Assembly: GCA_035221665.1 (NCBI GenBank)
Contig: CM069135.1
Location: forward strand, 56,172,001-56,236,000
DNA: 64,000 nucleotides
Direction: 5' to 3'
Origin: Okamejei kenojei
Lineage: Eukaryota
The notes under the pieces are model-generated. The model was given only the letters and a program-made list of their open reading frames with translations, had not been told where the DNA came from and did no database searches. The position numbers and the translations under genes were made by a program. This document shows, piece after piece, positions 25,913-37,020 of the stretch (the stretch's first letter is position 1; every line of letters begins with the position of its first letter).

Positions 25913-25927
25913 ACGTCGGGGTCACCA
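25913..25927 (-). other. Primer-binding site complementary to tRNA-Trp
   Basis: TGGTGACCCCGACGT, 2 nt downstream of the 5' LTR end, complementary to the vertebrate tRNA-Trp 3' end ACGTCGGGGTCACCA. Confidence 0.88.
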
Positions 25928-25929
25928 AA

Positions 25930-26170
25930 TGTAGCGGACACGGTGTTGTCCGTTAAAGAACGACATCTTGTTCTTTATTACTACACTAATTAAAATCTTG
26001 TTCTTTATTACTACACTAATTAAAATCTTGTTCTTTATTACTACACTAATTCTCCTCAATCACCCGTGCGTGCGCGATTAACCCTTAAACACTCCCCAGG
26101 GGCACCCTTGGCCACACCGTGACCGCTACCTCTCGTCACCGGGACAAGTGACCCCCCCAAGAGCCGAAGG
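25930..26170 (-). repeat. 5' LTR of the Gypsy element (outer ~40 bp missing) containing a 30-bp tandem repeat
   Basis: Homology to 24159-24375; (ATCTTGTTCTTTATTACTACACTAATTAAA) x ~2.9 at 25965-26051. Confidence 0.88.
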
Positions 26171-26358
26171 ATAGTCCGAGGGTCACCGAAGAGGTAGTTA
26201 GTAGTTCAGCACTGCTCTCTGGTTGTGGTAGGATGATTCACTTTGCCTGATAACAGCAGAGAAGAAACTGTTCCTGAATCTGTAGGTGTGCATTTTCACA
26301 CTCCTAAACATTTTTTCCTGATGGGAGAGAGGAGAACAGGGAGTGGCCAGGGTGTGGG
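26171..26358 (-). mobile_element. Rex-Babar LINE 3'-proximal fragment
   Basis: GCCTGATAACAGC..GAAGAAACTGTTCCTGAATCTG...TTCCTGATGGGAGA.GGAGAAC pattern typical of the Rex ORF end; compare ~52540-52630. Confidence 0.65.
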
Positions 26359-26561
26359 TCCCCAATCCACTGACTTAATTGCCAAACTAAATATTATTAA
26401 TCAGTAACTGGATGCATCATAATTTATAGACTTAACTGCTTTTAAAAATAATTTTGCGTTTCTTGTGGATTTTTTCAGAGGTTATGATTTAAAATATTGT
26501 TTATAAAGAAATAAAAGTCTGCTGATTTTACAGTAAAATAGAACAAAGTTTATCAAAAGTT

Positions 26562-26742
26562 CAGCACAGTGGCATAGTGGTAGAGCAGCTGCCTCAGAGC
26601 ACCAGAGATCCTGGTTTGATCCTGTCTATGGGTGCTGCCTTTGCAAAGCTTGTGCGTCCTCCCTCTGACCGCGTGGGTTCTCTCTAGGAGTTCCGTTTTC
26701 TTCCCACATTCAAAGACATGCAGGTTTGTAGTTTAATTGTAC
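26562..26742 (+). mobile_element. V-SINE (HE1-like), 3'-truncated
   Basis: GCACAGTGGCATAGTGGTAGAG...GGTTTGATCC...TTCCCACATTCAAAGAC. Confidence 0.8.
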
Positions 26743-27826
26743 GTTAATTTGTAAGCAATTGAAGTACACATGCCCATGCTCCATCCACCATGTCAGACAT
26801 CCCTTGCACCATCTTTGGACGATTCAGTGGTTCCCACATTGGTCTCATCAGTCATCTGAATTTATAAAACTCGGAGAAGCAACAAATCATGAAGGACTGC
26901 TGAAGTATATGGCAGAGGTTTTTTGTTCAGCAGAAGCAATAGACTACCACTGCTTTGGCAGTTTATGAACAGTGAGTAGATGTGGCATTCTTAATCATAA
27001 TTGTTCAGACCACAAAGTCAATTTACAAAATTAACTTAGGTTGAGATATTAATGAAGCAGATTGTCAAAGTCCTCAGAAATACGTAAACAAATGTATAAC
27101 CTAAAAGTAAAAGGAAAAATGAAAAAAAAAACACGGAACTGTTATTGACCTTTGAAAACTCATGCAGTTAAACTAAAAGAAACATTGGCATATTGAAATG
27201 GCACCTTATCAAATCTCTCAGAAACAATTAACAATGAGTTACTTTGAAGCAAACTCAAAGTTGTTAAGTGGGCAAACTGGTTCTGGATTCAGAAAAGTTT
27301 TGCAAACATAGCCCTCCAGTCATAGTTATCACTTCCTAGACCACAATTCACACTGTATTTTACATCTTATTGTTCACACACACACACGTCTGTGTTTTCA
27401 GCCAGCTTTCCGTGTCATTAATTAATGTTTTTTTCAGAAAAGTACTTAATATTATTTTTTTATTTATATGGAGTTTCTTCAAATTTAGAAATGCCTTGAC
27501 ATAATTTCCTAAAGTTAATTAAACAGTATAGAAACTCGCTACATCAAAATAATTTTCTTTCGCAAGAACCTGGAAGACAGCAAAGGGCAAATCACATATA
27601 ACGTAGAAACAAATTTCTGAATACATCTCTGTAGGTGGTCACGCCTACAACTGGCCCATGGACCCGAGGCTGAGGCTGCGGGTGTTGGCCTTTCAAACAA
27701 CCTTCAAACAAAAATCTTTTCATTGTACCTCGCTACATGTGACAATAATAAACTAAACTAAACTGTCTCCCCCATTCAGTACAATCATGACTGATAATCT
27801 ACCTCAATACCTACATTTAGCTCCTA

Positions 27827-27980
27827 GGGCTAAAGTAATCATGGGATATGTAGAAAGAGCAGGAAAGGGGTACTGATTTTAGATGATCAGCCATGATCAT
27901 ATTGAATGGCGGTGCTGGTTTGAAGGGCTGAATGGCCTATTCCTGCACCTATTTTTCTATGTTTATATGTTCTATGTTTC
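27827..27980 (+). mobile_element. CR1 LINE 3' end inserted in an older minus-strand CR1 remnant (~27770-28230)
   Basis: GATGATCAGCCATGATCATATTGAATGGCGGTGCTGG...CCTGCACCTATT followed by a (TTCTATGT)n-like tail. Confidence 0.88.
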
Positions 27981-28233
27981 TATACCACATTTCTGCTCTC
28001 TCTACAAAGCCTTTTGCATCTAAAAAATGTAACTACCTCCTCAAATAAATTCGGCAACTTGGCCTCGTTGGAACAAATGTATACAGGCTCTGCCCTCAGA
28101 CTAAAGAAATTGCTTCTCTTTCCAGTTCTAAATATCTTGCCGAATATCCTGAGACCATGACCTCTCACTCAAGATCGCCCAGTCTAGACAAAGATCCGTT
28201 CTGCATCCAGTTTGTCGCACCCTGTCCCCTATT

Positions 28234-28380
28234 AGAAACATAGAAACATAGAAAATAGGTGCAGGAGTAGGCCATTCGACCCTTCGTGCCAGCACCACCA
28301 TTCAATATGATCATGGCTGATCATCCTAAATCAGTACCCCATTCCTGTTATCGCCCCATACCCCTTGATTCCGTTAGCCT
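28234..28380 (-). mobile_element. CR1 LINE 3' end
   Basis: (AGAAACAT)n followed by AGAAAATAGGTGCAGGAGTAGGCCATTCG. Confidence 0.88.
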
Positions 28381-28770
28381 CTTACATTTCTTACTAACTC
28401 AGGTGAATATAAACCGAGTTGCCCGAATCACTCGAATGGTAGTTCTGCCATTCTTGAAATCAGACTGCATGCCTTTTCAAAGTATTCCAAGTATTACAAG
28501 TATATTCTTTCGTGGGTAAGGAGACAACATTTGGATTATACCAGAGTATCTTAATTTGTGATAACCTCATGGTCGTTTTGAAACCAATATAATTGCTGCC
28601 CATCTGATATAAAGCAAATGATAATCAAGGTGAAGAGAGGGAGGGCATTGATTCCCTCAGTCGTGACATATTCCAAGGCTTCAGAAAGGATGCAACTTTC
28701 TTGTGTTGGGCAATATTATGAGTGGAGATTCTCATAGGCTCAAATGTGGGATCCAAAACACATAAAATCA

Positions 28771-28885
28771 AAGATAGACACAAAATGCTAGAGTAACTCA
28801 GCAGGACAGGCAGCTTCTCTGGAGAGAAGGAGTGGGTGACAACCGAAAATGGTGTAAACCAGCATCTGCAGTTCCTTCCGACATA
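28771..28885. mobile_element. Short Penelope pseudo-LTR-derived element
   Basis: GATAGACACAAAATGCT..AGTAACTCAGC...GGAGAGAAGG joined to the oppositely oriented AACCAGCATCTGCAGTTCCTTCC. Confidence 0.75.
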
Positions 28886-29385
28886 TATATAAGGGGGATT
28901 GAATAAACTTAGTGTTCATGGTGCATATATATCCAGTGGGATAACCAAAGTGAGCAACCCACACATGCAACTGAAGTGTCACCCACAATTCCACTGAGAA
29001 TCAGGTGTGAGCAATGCTGGAGGACACCAATGGACACAATCCAGCTGGGCATATTTTTCATCCTTTCAAATGTTTCTTTCCTTTCCTTAATGTAATTTTT
29101 ATAGGCCAAATGTAATATTTAATGGATTTAATATACATCAAATGTTCCATCAACTATGATAAAGAAATTAAAAGGAACATACTTCTGTAAAATTTCAATA
29201 ATGAAATATGCATATTAATATTATGAATTTCAATGAACTACTGTGAATTATCACAAATAATGCTTCAATAAGTGAAATAAATCTTTCAACAATTTGTTTC
29301 TCATTATGTATTTCAAACAAAATCCAAAAAGGAATTTCAAGCAATTACTTATTTACTTATTATTCTCATGAAAGTATTGGGCTTC

Positions 29386-29666
29386 ATTTTAGAGATACAG
29401 CATGGACATAGACTCTTCGACCCACCGAGTCAGCGCCGACTAGCGATCACCCATACTCAAGTTCTATTCTACACACGAGGGACAATTTACTGAAGCAAAT
29501 TAACCTACAAACCTGCATGTCTTTGTAATGTGGGAGGAAACCAGAGCACCTGGAGAAAATCCAAGCGGTCGGTCACAGGGAGAACATAAAAACTCCAAGG
29601 TCAGGATCAAACTTGGGTCTATGACGCTGTAAGGTAGCAACTCTACCGTTGCACCACTGTGATGCC
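29386..29666 (-). mobile_element. V-SINE (HE1-like)
   Basis: Reverse-complement homology to 21938-22249. Confidence 0.85.
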
Positions 29667-30934
29667 CTATGGTGGAAGGCGGATGTGGGTGTGATAACAA
29701 AGGAGCTCACTGTTAAAATTCAAAGCATCAAATGATTATTATCAACATATTCCCAGAATAATAAACGGTGACATTATAATGTGGTTAAGTTCTGTGTCTT
29801 TCAGCTCATAAGGAATTGGAAAAGATGTCTCAGCTGTACATCTTGCGTCAGCTATCAGGCACCCTGGGCTATAAATTGGTTAGCCCTCGAAAAAGGGGTG
29901 GGTAGACTGGATGTGTGACTAATCCAAGCCTGTTGGGTGGAATGTGGCAGAGTGCCAACTGTGTGCTGCATGCTAATTACAATGACTGTTGCCTGCAGCC
30001 TGCTCTCACAGTTCTGATCATTGCCTGGACACATCAGCAGGGGTCCCAATATTGTTAGTGACTTGCAGTGCTTAAAGCTAGCCAACGCATATTAGCAGCA
30101 GGCTTGCTTTCTTTCCTATCTGGCACAACCTAAAGCTTGCCTGCATATCGCGAGGGGGAAATACACTATGGTTAGAGCAGGCATTGCATCATTCTCCAGC
30201 TCAATCAGTCTTGGGAAATAAGAGAAATGTCTGGCCATAATTTTCAGAGGTTTCCTGGTTGAAGAAGGAAAAGGCAGACTGATGAGGCTAGGAGACTCTC
30301 CAAACAGACATGCTGGCAGTGAAAGTAATATCCCTGGATGAAAATGACAAGAGTATAAACCCGAGAATCAGGATAAAATATCTCAGAGTTCCATTACTTC
30401 CCATTTGCTGTCAGGGCTGGTGAATCTAAAGACCAAAATTCACAAATATCAACCCAATAATGGGAGAAAAACCTAGGACAAAAAGGAGGGAGCAACTTGA
30501 AACAATTAATCTCAGTGGAGTAATGGTACCTCGCAAAGTAATGGGATTATAAGCAGACAAGTTACCCGATCCTGGATCCAGGCATCTCAAAAGAGTGTCT
30601 GCAAATATTCTAGATTCTGATCATTCCAAGGTTGATAAAAAGATTCCAGTGAATTGGAAAATAACAAATATCATCTCCCCATTTAAGAAAAGGAAAGAAA
30701 GAAACCAGGAAACTAGAGGTAAACTAGCCTATCATTGGGGAAAAGGGAAAATTACCTATCGTCGGAAATCTGAAATACAAATCAGGAGATAGTGAAGATA
30801 CAGTTAGGAGACAACAACTGTGGAAAAATAATCAAAGTCATTGTTTCAGTTTGAGAGGGGGGGAAATGCTATGTTTTGCACAGTAGTCCTAGCAGTCTTT
30901 TCTCTCCACTACTCTCTTTCAACTCCCTCCCTTT

Positions 30935-31100
30935 ATGTAAAGGAAGGAACTGCAGATGCTGGTTTAAACCGAAGATAGACACAATATGCTAGACTAAGCG
31001 GGCCAGGCAGCATCTCTGGAGAGAAGGAAGGGTGACATTGAGGAGTTTGAAGAAGGGTCTCGACCAGAAATGTCACCCATTCCTTCTCTCCCTCTGAGTT
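30935..31100. mobile_element. Short Penelope pseudo-LTR-derived inverted element with hammerhead remnant
   Basis: GAGAGAAGGAAGGGTGACATT / AATGTCACCCATTCCTTCTCTC inverted pair around TTTGAAGAAGGGTCTCGACCAGAAATGTC. Confidence 0.8.
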
Positions 31101-31117
31101 GTAATTATCTAAACAAT

Positions 31118-31420
31118 TCAAGAGTCAAAATAATTTTATTGTCATATATCCTGAAACAGAACAATTAAATTCTCACTTGCAGCAGCACAATTGATATGTA
31201 AACATAGTACTCTGTAAATGCCGTTATAAATGACAATATAGGAATATAGGAATATATGAGTGTTCTCCCAATCAACGTGTGTGTAGAATGCATTGAGCTC
31301 ATCTGGGAGTGATGCTTCGCCTTGGTTTTGGGAGTGAGCTGGGAGTGAGCTGTCTCCTGGTTTTGCCTTGTAGGAAATTATGTTGTACAAGTCCTGCCAC
31401 AGCTGCCGAACATTGTCTCA
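31118..31420 (-). mobile_element. Rex-Babar LINE derivative (3' tail joined to an internal ORF segment)
   Basis: 3' stub TTTATTGTCATAT...ACAATTAAATTCTCACTTGC, plus a segment encoding ASLPDELNAFY. Confidence 0.75.
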
Positions 31421-32429
31421 TCCTCCAGTTTAAAGCGAAAGCCCCATATAACATTTTTGATGGCCATATTAAGAATAAAGAAATTCTTTATACTTGCCAC
31501 TCGATTACTTTACCAGTTCTTATGAAAGATCAGTGACTTGCAATGTTTACTGCTTCTCTCTTCAAAGATTATCTACTGAATATTTCCAGCTATTTTTGTT
31601 TTTATATAATTGGATGGGGAAATGCTGCAATCCCATTATTGAGAAAGTGGTTCTAGAATACTTGGAAAAGCAAAATACAAACAAGCAGATTCAACTTGTT
31701 TTAATGAAAAGGAAAATCACAATGGACAAAATGAATAAGACTTCTTTGAGAACTTAAAAAAAAGCTGTGCAGTGTACTTGGATTTTTCCAGAAGGTACTT
31801 GATGAGGTGCCCTGTAAACGGTTATTGTGCCGTCTAAGAACGTGGCACTAGGGTTACTATATTAGCATATGTAAAAGATCTTGCAAAAACAGAAAGTTGG
31901 AATAAATGGTAATTTTCCAACCAGCATGGTATGATTAGTGGGTTGTTGCTGAGATCAATGCTAGAGATTGTACTATTTATAATCTTTGTTGATGACTTCA
32001 ACCAAGGGATTGAGTGCATTATAGCAACCTTTACTGAAGACATCGTAAAAGGCAACTTGCTAGGATGACAAAGTCTGCAACGATATATAGATGGTTTGGA
32101 AGAGTGCACACACATCCGGAAGATAAACTACAAAATTGGTGATCATGAGAAGAATGGGAAGACAGAATATTATTTTTTTCTGGACAGAGATTTCAGAATG
32201 CTACTACAGAGAGGGATGTGGGAGCATGGCAAGTTAGAGTAAGTAACCAAAAAAATCAAAGGAAATGTTGGCCTTTATTTCAAAGGGAATTTAGGAAATA
32301 AATTCAGAATGTTTGGTGAGATCACAACTGGAGTACCCAAACAATTACAGTTTCCATTGTTAAGGAAGGACATTGTTATTTTGGAGGCAGTTCAGACAAG
32401 GTTCACTCACTTGTTCCCTGAGCTAAACT

Positions 32430-32905
32430 CAGGACCTTCCCACCACCTCTCTATCACCCAGGTTTTTTTCATTCCCTCATGTACCCCTTCTTCCCATCAC
32501 TTTCACACTTTGGGAGGGTTTCCTATCCCTCCCCCTCTCTATTCTAATTTCTGCCATATTTGATTCCACTCTCCCTTTCTACTCAGATTCTACAATCACA
32601 AACCTTTTGTTGTGTCCACCTACCACCTCTCTGCCTCTGTCACTGTCTCAAGGCATTTCACCTCCACCTGACTCAACTTGCCAATAAAAACCTTCTCATC
32701 TGGATCCTATAGTTTAAAAGTGCTTGCCCCGCCCTCCCCCCTCACCTCTTAAGACAAGCTATCTACAAACTGCTCTTTCCGTCCAAATGAAAGGTCTCGA
32801 CCCGAAATGTCGGCTGTCCATTTCCCTTCACAGATGCTGCCTGACCTGCTGAGTTACTGCAGCAGTTTGCTTTATGCTCCAGATTTTAGCATCTACAGTT
32901 CATTA
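32430..32905 (+). mobile_element. Older Penelope-like element 3' region
   Basis: Pyrimidine-rich 3' UTR then GAAAGGTCTCGACCCGAAATGTC...CAGATGCTGCCTGACCTGCTGAG...AGCATCTACAGTT. Confidence 0.75.
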
Positions 32906-33190
32906 TGCATTTACATTCACCATCATCCCTCATAACTCAACCTTTAAACATTTTTCTCCTCATATACCCGAAAATAGCAAGTTTCACTTTAAGGTTCACA
33001 GATAGGCAAAAAGTGCACACATTGAGATAACAAGCACAACTGCACTTTATTCAGAGCAGAAGAGAGCAATTACACCAATTCAATGCAGGATATGGACACT
33101 CAATACGGCTGAAGAGAAATCAGATAAGAATTTAAGGTACACAAAAGGCTGGAGAAACTCAGCGGGTGCAGCAGCATCTAAGGAGCGAAA

Positions 33191-33232
33191 GAGATAGGCG
33201 GCGTTTCGTGTCGAGACCCTTCTTCAGACTGT
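33191..33232 (-). ncRNA. Minimal type I hammerhead ribozyme motif in the Penelope pseudo-LTR (mutated copy)
   Basis: CTGAAGA-A-GGGTCTCGACAC-GAAAC-GCC; the sister copy at 34628-34647 keeps the perfect stem II and GAAACGTC. Minimal hammerheads are a known feature of Penelope-like pLTRs. Confidence 0.75.
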
Positions 33233-33463
33233 TCAGGGATCAGGGAGACGAGAGATATAGATGGCGATGTGGAGAGATAAAGAACAATGAATGAAAGATA
33301 TGCAAAAAAGTATCGATGATAAAGGGAACAAGCCATTGTAAGCTGTTTGTGGTGTGAAAATGAGAAGCTAGTGCGACTAGGGTGGGGGAGGGAGATAGAG
33401 ATAGAGGGAATGCCAGGGCCCAAGGGCTGAGGGAGAGGTGGGAAGAGGAGGAGACAGCAAGGG

Positions 33464-34625
33464 TTAACAGAATTGAGAAAATTCAATGATCAAGCCCAGA
33501 GGATGCAGACTCCCCAAGCGGAATATGAGGTGCTGTTCCTCCAACTTGCGGTGCTGCGCACTCTGGCCGTGGAGGAGGCCCAGGACCGAGAGGTCGGATA
33601 CGGAATGGGAGGGGCAGTTGAAGTGCTGAGCCACCGGGAGGTCAGCTTGGTTATTGCGGACCGAACGGAGGTGTTCAGCGAAGCGATCGCCAAGCCTCCG
33701 CTTGGTCTCACCGATATAGATCATCTGGCATCTGGAGCAGCGGATGCAGTAGATGAGGTTGGAGGAGGTGCAGGTGAACCTCTGTCGAACCTGGAAGGAC
33801 TGCTTGGGTCCCTGAAAAGAGTGGAGGGGGGAGGTGAAGGGACAAGTGTAGCATTTCTTGTGGTTGCAAGGGAAAGTGCCCGGGGAAGGGGTAGAGTGGG
33901 AGGGAAGGGAAGAATTGACAAGGGAATTGCGGAGGGAGCGGTCTTTGTGGAAGGCAGACAGGGAGGGGGGGGGATGGGAAGATGTGGCGAGTGGAGGGGT
34001 CACGTTGGAGGTGGCGAAACTGGCGGAGGACTATGTGTTGTATTTGCCGGCTGGTGGGGAGAAAGGTGAGGACCAGGGGGACTCTGCCCAGTTTGCGAAT
34101 GGGGGAATGGGGAGAGAGGGCAGTGTTGCGGGGTATGGAGGAGACCCTGGTGCGAGCCTCATCAATAGTGGGGGAGGGGAATCCCCGTTCTCTGAAGAAT
34201 GAGGCCATTTGTGATGACCTGGTGTGGAACACCTCATCCTGGGAGCAGATGCGGCGTAGACGGAGGAATTGGGAATAGGGGATGGAGTCCTTTCAGGAAG
34301 CAGGGTGGGAGGAAGAGTAGTCCAGGTAGCTGTGGGAGTCAGTTGGTTTGTAGTGGATGTCGGTCAGGAGTGTATCACCTGCAATAGAGATGGTGAGGTC
34401 AAGGAATGGTAGGGAAATGTTGGAAATGGTCCAAGTGTATTTGAGTGCCGGATGGAAGTTGGTGGTGAAATGGATGAAGTCAGTCAGTTGTGTGTGGGTG
34501 CAGGAGGTGACACCAAAGCAGTCGTCGATGTAACGGAGGTAGAGGTCGGGAATGGGGCCCTGGTACGCCGAGAACAAGAATTGTTCGACGTACCCAACAA
34601 AGAGGCAAGCGTAGCTGGGGCCCAT
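33464..34625 (-). pseudogene. Penelope RT-GIY-YIG polyprotein C-terminal part (one premature stop, one frameshift)
   Basis: MGPSYACLFVG...YLRYIDD...LPFLDL...YKPTDSHSYLDYSSSHP (stop at 34293); frameshift near the G-run at ~33960-33972; NLIYCIRCSRCQMIYIGETKRRLGDRFAEH GIY-YIG nuclease. Confidence 0.95.
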
Positions 34626-36659
34626 TCGGGTCTCGACCCGAAACGTCGCCTATCTCCTTCGCTCGTTAGATGCTGCTGCGCCCACTGAGTTTCTCCAGCC
34701 TTTTGTGTACCCTCGATTCTCCAGCATCTGCAGTTCCTTCTTTAACAGAAAAATGTTCTTCAACACTTTACAATCCCTGATGAAGGAGCACAATCTGAGG
34801 GGCTAGTAGTTTCATGGAGCACAAGCCTACTGTCTTCTTTCATACAACATCTTACAGACTCAGGAGAGCATTGCTTCGCTACTACCCTTGCTATTGGACA
34901 TTAGCCAGTCAATTCAGATTACTATCCCACATGGAGTTGGTAAATAATGAAGACAAGCCTCCATGGTGCTAATTGCTCTAGCTCCCTCCTCCGAGGCCAT
35001 GTAATGCCTTCTCCAATTTAACATCAGCTACAAGCACTGTAGTGCACGTCACAGGAATATTTGCATAAGCAAACTGAAAAAAAAGTTATGGAAATGCACA
35101 AGACTCATTATTCTAATTATGTGCACAATATTATGTGATTTGCAATAGAGTATGTATTTTCTGCTGGATGTTTACATTATCACAATGGCAAGGACATAAC
35201 AGTCAGTGCTGGTGGGAAGCGAAGGAGAGTAAAATTACCAGAAACAAGAAATGCAATTGATGTTATTAGTTCACTGTGAGTTACCTGGTTAATTTCATCT
35301 TGGGGAAAAAGGGGGATGTCTAGGTTGCAACAAGTAATCCATCTCCTCCTCCCAATTTGTGATGGTTTGGAATGATCACATTGTACAACAAAATTATAAA
35401 GAATTCAGCATACCAAGCATCCAAATTATTCCTCCATGCATTTTGTATTTGCATTCAAATTATTTGAGCACAGGTAGGATCATCTTCATTCTGAGTTTCA
35501 CGGTGTAAGGAACACTGCTATATTGTGCAACTACTTATAATCTGTGCAACTAAATTCAGCCCTTCCTCAGAGTGGAATGTAAACACCAGCTAGTTACCAG
35601 ATGCAATCATTTTCAGACTTTGTACTTTTAGTGGGATGCCTAGCTAACTGTTGAAATTCTGGTTTGTTGCACCTAATTTTACAACCACTTAAAATAAAAA
35701 AATAGTACTTTTGATGTCACAAATATCCCAAGGCGTTTCAAAAGAGCACGTCCAAAATTTGACAGCATGCTTGAGAGAGCAGGGTGGATAAGTTTAAATC
35801 AAATCTTAATGAAAGAGATAGATATTATATTGAAAGGAGAGGAGTAATATTTTTTAAAGTGTTTCAGAGAGAGAATTTTACACGTTGGGCTCTTAGCAGC
35901 CAAACAGTGAATTAATAAAGATTATGAAGAAAGGAATGTCCAGTGGGTGAACGGCCATGAAAGATTGGAGCAAAATAAATTGGAGGGTTTGCCAGGCTAT
36001 TGTAATGCTTGTCAAAAGCATGGAGAGATTTGAAAACAAGTTTGAGATTTAAAAATGGAGGCATTGATCAGATGGAGACAATATTTAATAATCATTACAA
36101 AGATCAAGGGTAAAGGCGATTGTGTAATTCTGATCAATCAATTAAGGATGTCATGGTCCTAGAGCACATGCAGAAAAGATTAACTGAGGTAGGTCAAGAA
36201 ATTAAGGGTTTTGGATACAAGATTAAACTTGAGGAAGTGGTGTTATTTGCTCTGGAATGCTGAAGGCGAGGAGGAGATCTAAGAGGAGATGAGATGCATT
36301 GAAATATTACTGGTTCAGAGACAATAAACATATACAATCTTTTTTTAGTTTACACTGATGGTTAACATGTGGAATTCATTGTTTGCAGGCACAGTAGGAA
36401 CTGAGTCAATTGGGGTTATCAAAAAGAGAAATAGCCAATTCATAGGACCACAGGGAAGGAGCTGAAGAATGGAACAGACTAGAATACTCTGCACGAAACT
36501 GGCATGAAATCAAAGGGCAAAATTAACTTCTGCTGTGTTACAAGTATTTTATAATGCCAGCATATGATCAGCAGAGCTTTAAAGGGAAGGGAGGGTAGAA
36601 TCTTAGAAACATGAAGACAGGTTCTTCTTACCAACCAAGGGCACAGTGCATTACCCAAG

Positions 36660-37020
36660 TGGCAATGGTTGAGAACTTCAAGTTCCTTGACAATTATAGT
36701 ACCGAGGATATGTCATGAACCAACCACTTTGAAGCGAAAACGAAGAACGCACACCAATGCCTCTACTTCCTCAAGATACTGAGGAAATTCGGCATGTCTC
36801 CAAATACGATTACAAACTTCTACAGATGTACCAAAGAAGGCATACTGTCAGATTGCATCACAGTTTGGTTTGGGAACAGCTTCGCCCAAGACTGCAAGAA
36901 ATTGCAGAGAGTTGTGGATGTAGACCAGTCCACCACACACACCAGACTCCCTACCATTGACTCCATCTACACCTCACATTGCCTCAGAATAGCAGCCAAC
37001 ATAATCCAAGACTTGTCAGC
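36660..37020 (+). mobile_element. Rex-Babar LINE ORF C-terminal fragment
   Basis: VENFKFL...LYFLK.LRKFGMSPNTITNFYRCT.E.ILS.CITVWFGN..AQDCKKLQRVV. Confidence 0.85.

Larger units (their letters stand above)
24159..26170 (-). mobile_element. Gypsy-type LTR retrotransposon, internally deleted (gag + integrase C-terminal half only), degenerate
   Basis: Two LTRs, both starting TGTAGCGGAC on the + strand (24159, 25930); PBS; G-rich PPT (C-run ~24418-24447); gag SLKLPTFW..VWF..AESQF...KY..LK..LL..FG...ERAARI..LGDRK; integrase AYHPQSNRLVERFHR..K..L...W..EL..VLLGIRTAPKEDL and a GPY/F motif (RPYKGPFRV). Confidence 0.92.
30430..32425 (+). mobile_element. Old CR1 LINE ORF2 remnants interrupted by younger insertions
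   Basis: IPVNWKITNIISPFKK (ORF 30595) and GTGTACTTGGATTTT.CCAGAAGG..TTGAT (VYLDF.K.FD) at ~31772; split by Penelope pieces (~30935-31100, ~31500-31600) and a Rex piece (~31118-31420). Confidence 0.7.
33135..34745 (-). mobile_element. Penelope-like retroelement, 5'-truncated, with inverted pseudo-LTR at the 5' end
   Basis: RT + GIY-YIG coding region; 33136-33219 is the inverted copy of 34628-34711; the right copy extends ~34 nt further (tail). Confidence 0.95.

Noticed and set aside
25965-26051. 30-bp repeats as a CRISPR array
   Set aside because: Head-to-tail with no spacers, inside an LTR, in eukaryotic DNA with no cas genes.
24154-26174. GATAG on both sides of the Gypsy element as a TSD
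   Set aside because: The right LTR lacks its outer ~40 bp and the right GATAG appears to belong to the adjacent Rex fragment, so it may be coincidental.
28909-29109. MPS-containing ORFs (also 46708-46938) as the DNMT3A first coding exon
   Set aside because: No good phase-0 donor and no sequence similarity beyond MPS.
33473-34069. 198-aa plus-strand ORF and other long ORFs overlapping the Penelope, Gypsy and Rex elements
   Set aside because: Antisense or off-frame shadows of GC-rich transposon coding sequence with no independent motifs.
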